Assembly (NCBI GenBank): GCA_028023455.1
Contig: JAQFVV010000004.1
Span: 7,874,001-7,938,000 of the forward strand
Length of the DNA: 64,000 bases
From: Epiperipatus broadwayi
Lineage: Eukaryota > Animalia > Onychophora
Direction: 5' to 3'
In this document: positions 63,444 to 64,000 of the stretch, piece by piece
Numbering within the stretch: position 1 is the stretch's first letter
Layout of the letters: each line of letters begins with the position of its first letter
The notes under the pieces: generated by a model
What the model saw: only the letters and a program-made list of their open reading frames with translations
Database searches by the model: none
What the model was told of the DNA's origin: nothing
Position numbers and translations under genes: made by a program

Positions 63444-63850
63444 TAGGGTATGAGTACAGACTTTCACACCATCCACCACTTTCCACACTATCTCGTAACA
63501 CTGATACACTTGAACACATATATGTTGAAAAGATAAATAATCACCAATACACGTATTTCATGCTAAACCAGCAATCATCAGTTGGTCCAGATTATCATCT
63601 CTACACATATATACTATAAGCGCTCAGATATATATTAAGATAGAGAATCCTCATACTTTAATGGACAGGCTTCAATCTACTGCACACTCCAACTCTTCAA
63701 CCGTCCATCCAATTGAAAATCTGATGATGGAATGCTCAAAGGCCATCCTGAGGCCGAGATTCTTGTCACACCCATGTTGACCTAAGGTCAATCTGAACCC
63801 CACATGTACAGGACATAATCCATAATACATATGCAAGGATGCTAAGCCAT
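63444..63850 (-). repeat. Family A monomer with hammerhead at 63543-63586
   Basis: ACCAA-CTGATGA-TTGCTG-gtt-TAGCAT-GAAA-TA-cg-TGTA-TTGGT; GUA triplet and near-palindromic stem III; body matches 44730-45180. Confidence 0.82.
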
Positions 63851-64000
63851 GTTGTTCAGCTAGATATGTCTATGATTACTTCTGGGAACTCCTTTTCTAT
63901 GGCTGACTTTATATCTGTGTTTGGAAAATATATGCAGTGTCTATAGGAAGAATACCACAGTCAGCTAGCTGAGGAGATAATTCTAATTTTGGTGTGAGCT

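Overview
AT-rich eukaryotic (probably invertebrate) window with no host exon I can support; it is almost entirely transposable-element DNA. Main elements: an RTE-clade RT 3' end (1-1076); an almost complete Tx1/L1-clade LINE (8773-15177) with a 16-bp TSD, whose four frameshifts all fall in poly-A runs; an intact Merlin/IS1595-family DNA transposon (54955-56736; 26-bp TIRs, 8-bp TSD); two head-to-head inverted Penelope GIY-YIG pairs plus a third Penelope remnant; decayed Vingi/Ingi, RTE, jockey/I-like and Gypsy remnants; a probable solo LTR; four tRNA-Gly(TCC)-derived SINE-like copies; and several MITE-like hairpins. The most interesting signal is invisible in the ORF track: a ~470-nt non-coding repeat carrying one type I hammerhead ribozyme per unit (7 hammerhead copies), found in tandem, circularly permuted and in Penelope-style head-to-head inversions. 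This is a candidate retrozyme/circular-RNA retroelement family. A second hammerhead family with stem II covariation is also present. All alignments, folds and counts were done by eye, so boundaries of decayed elements are approximate.
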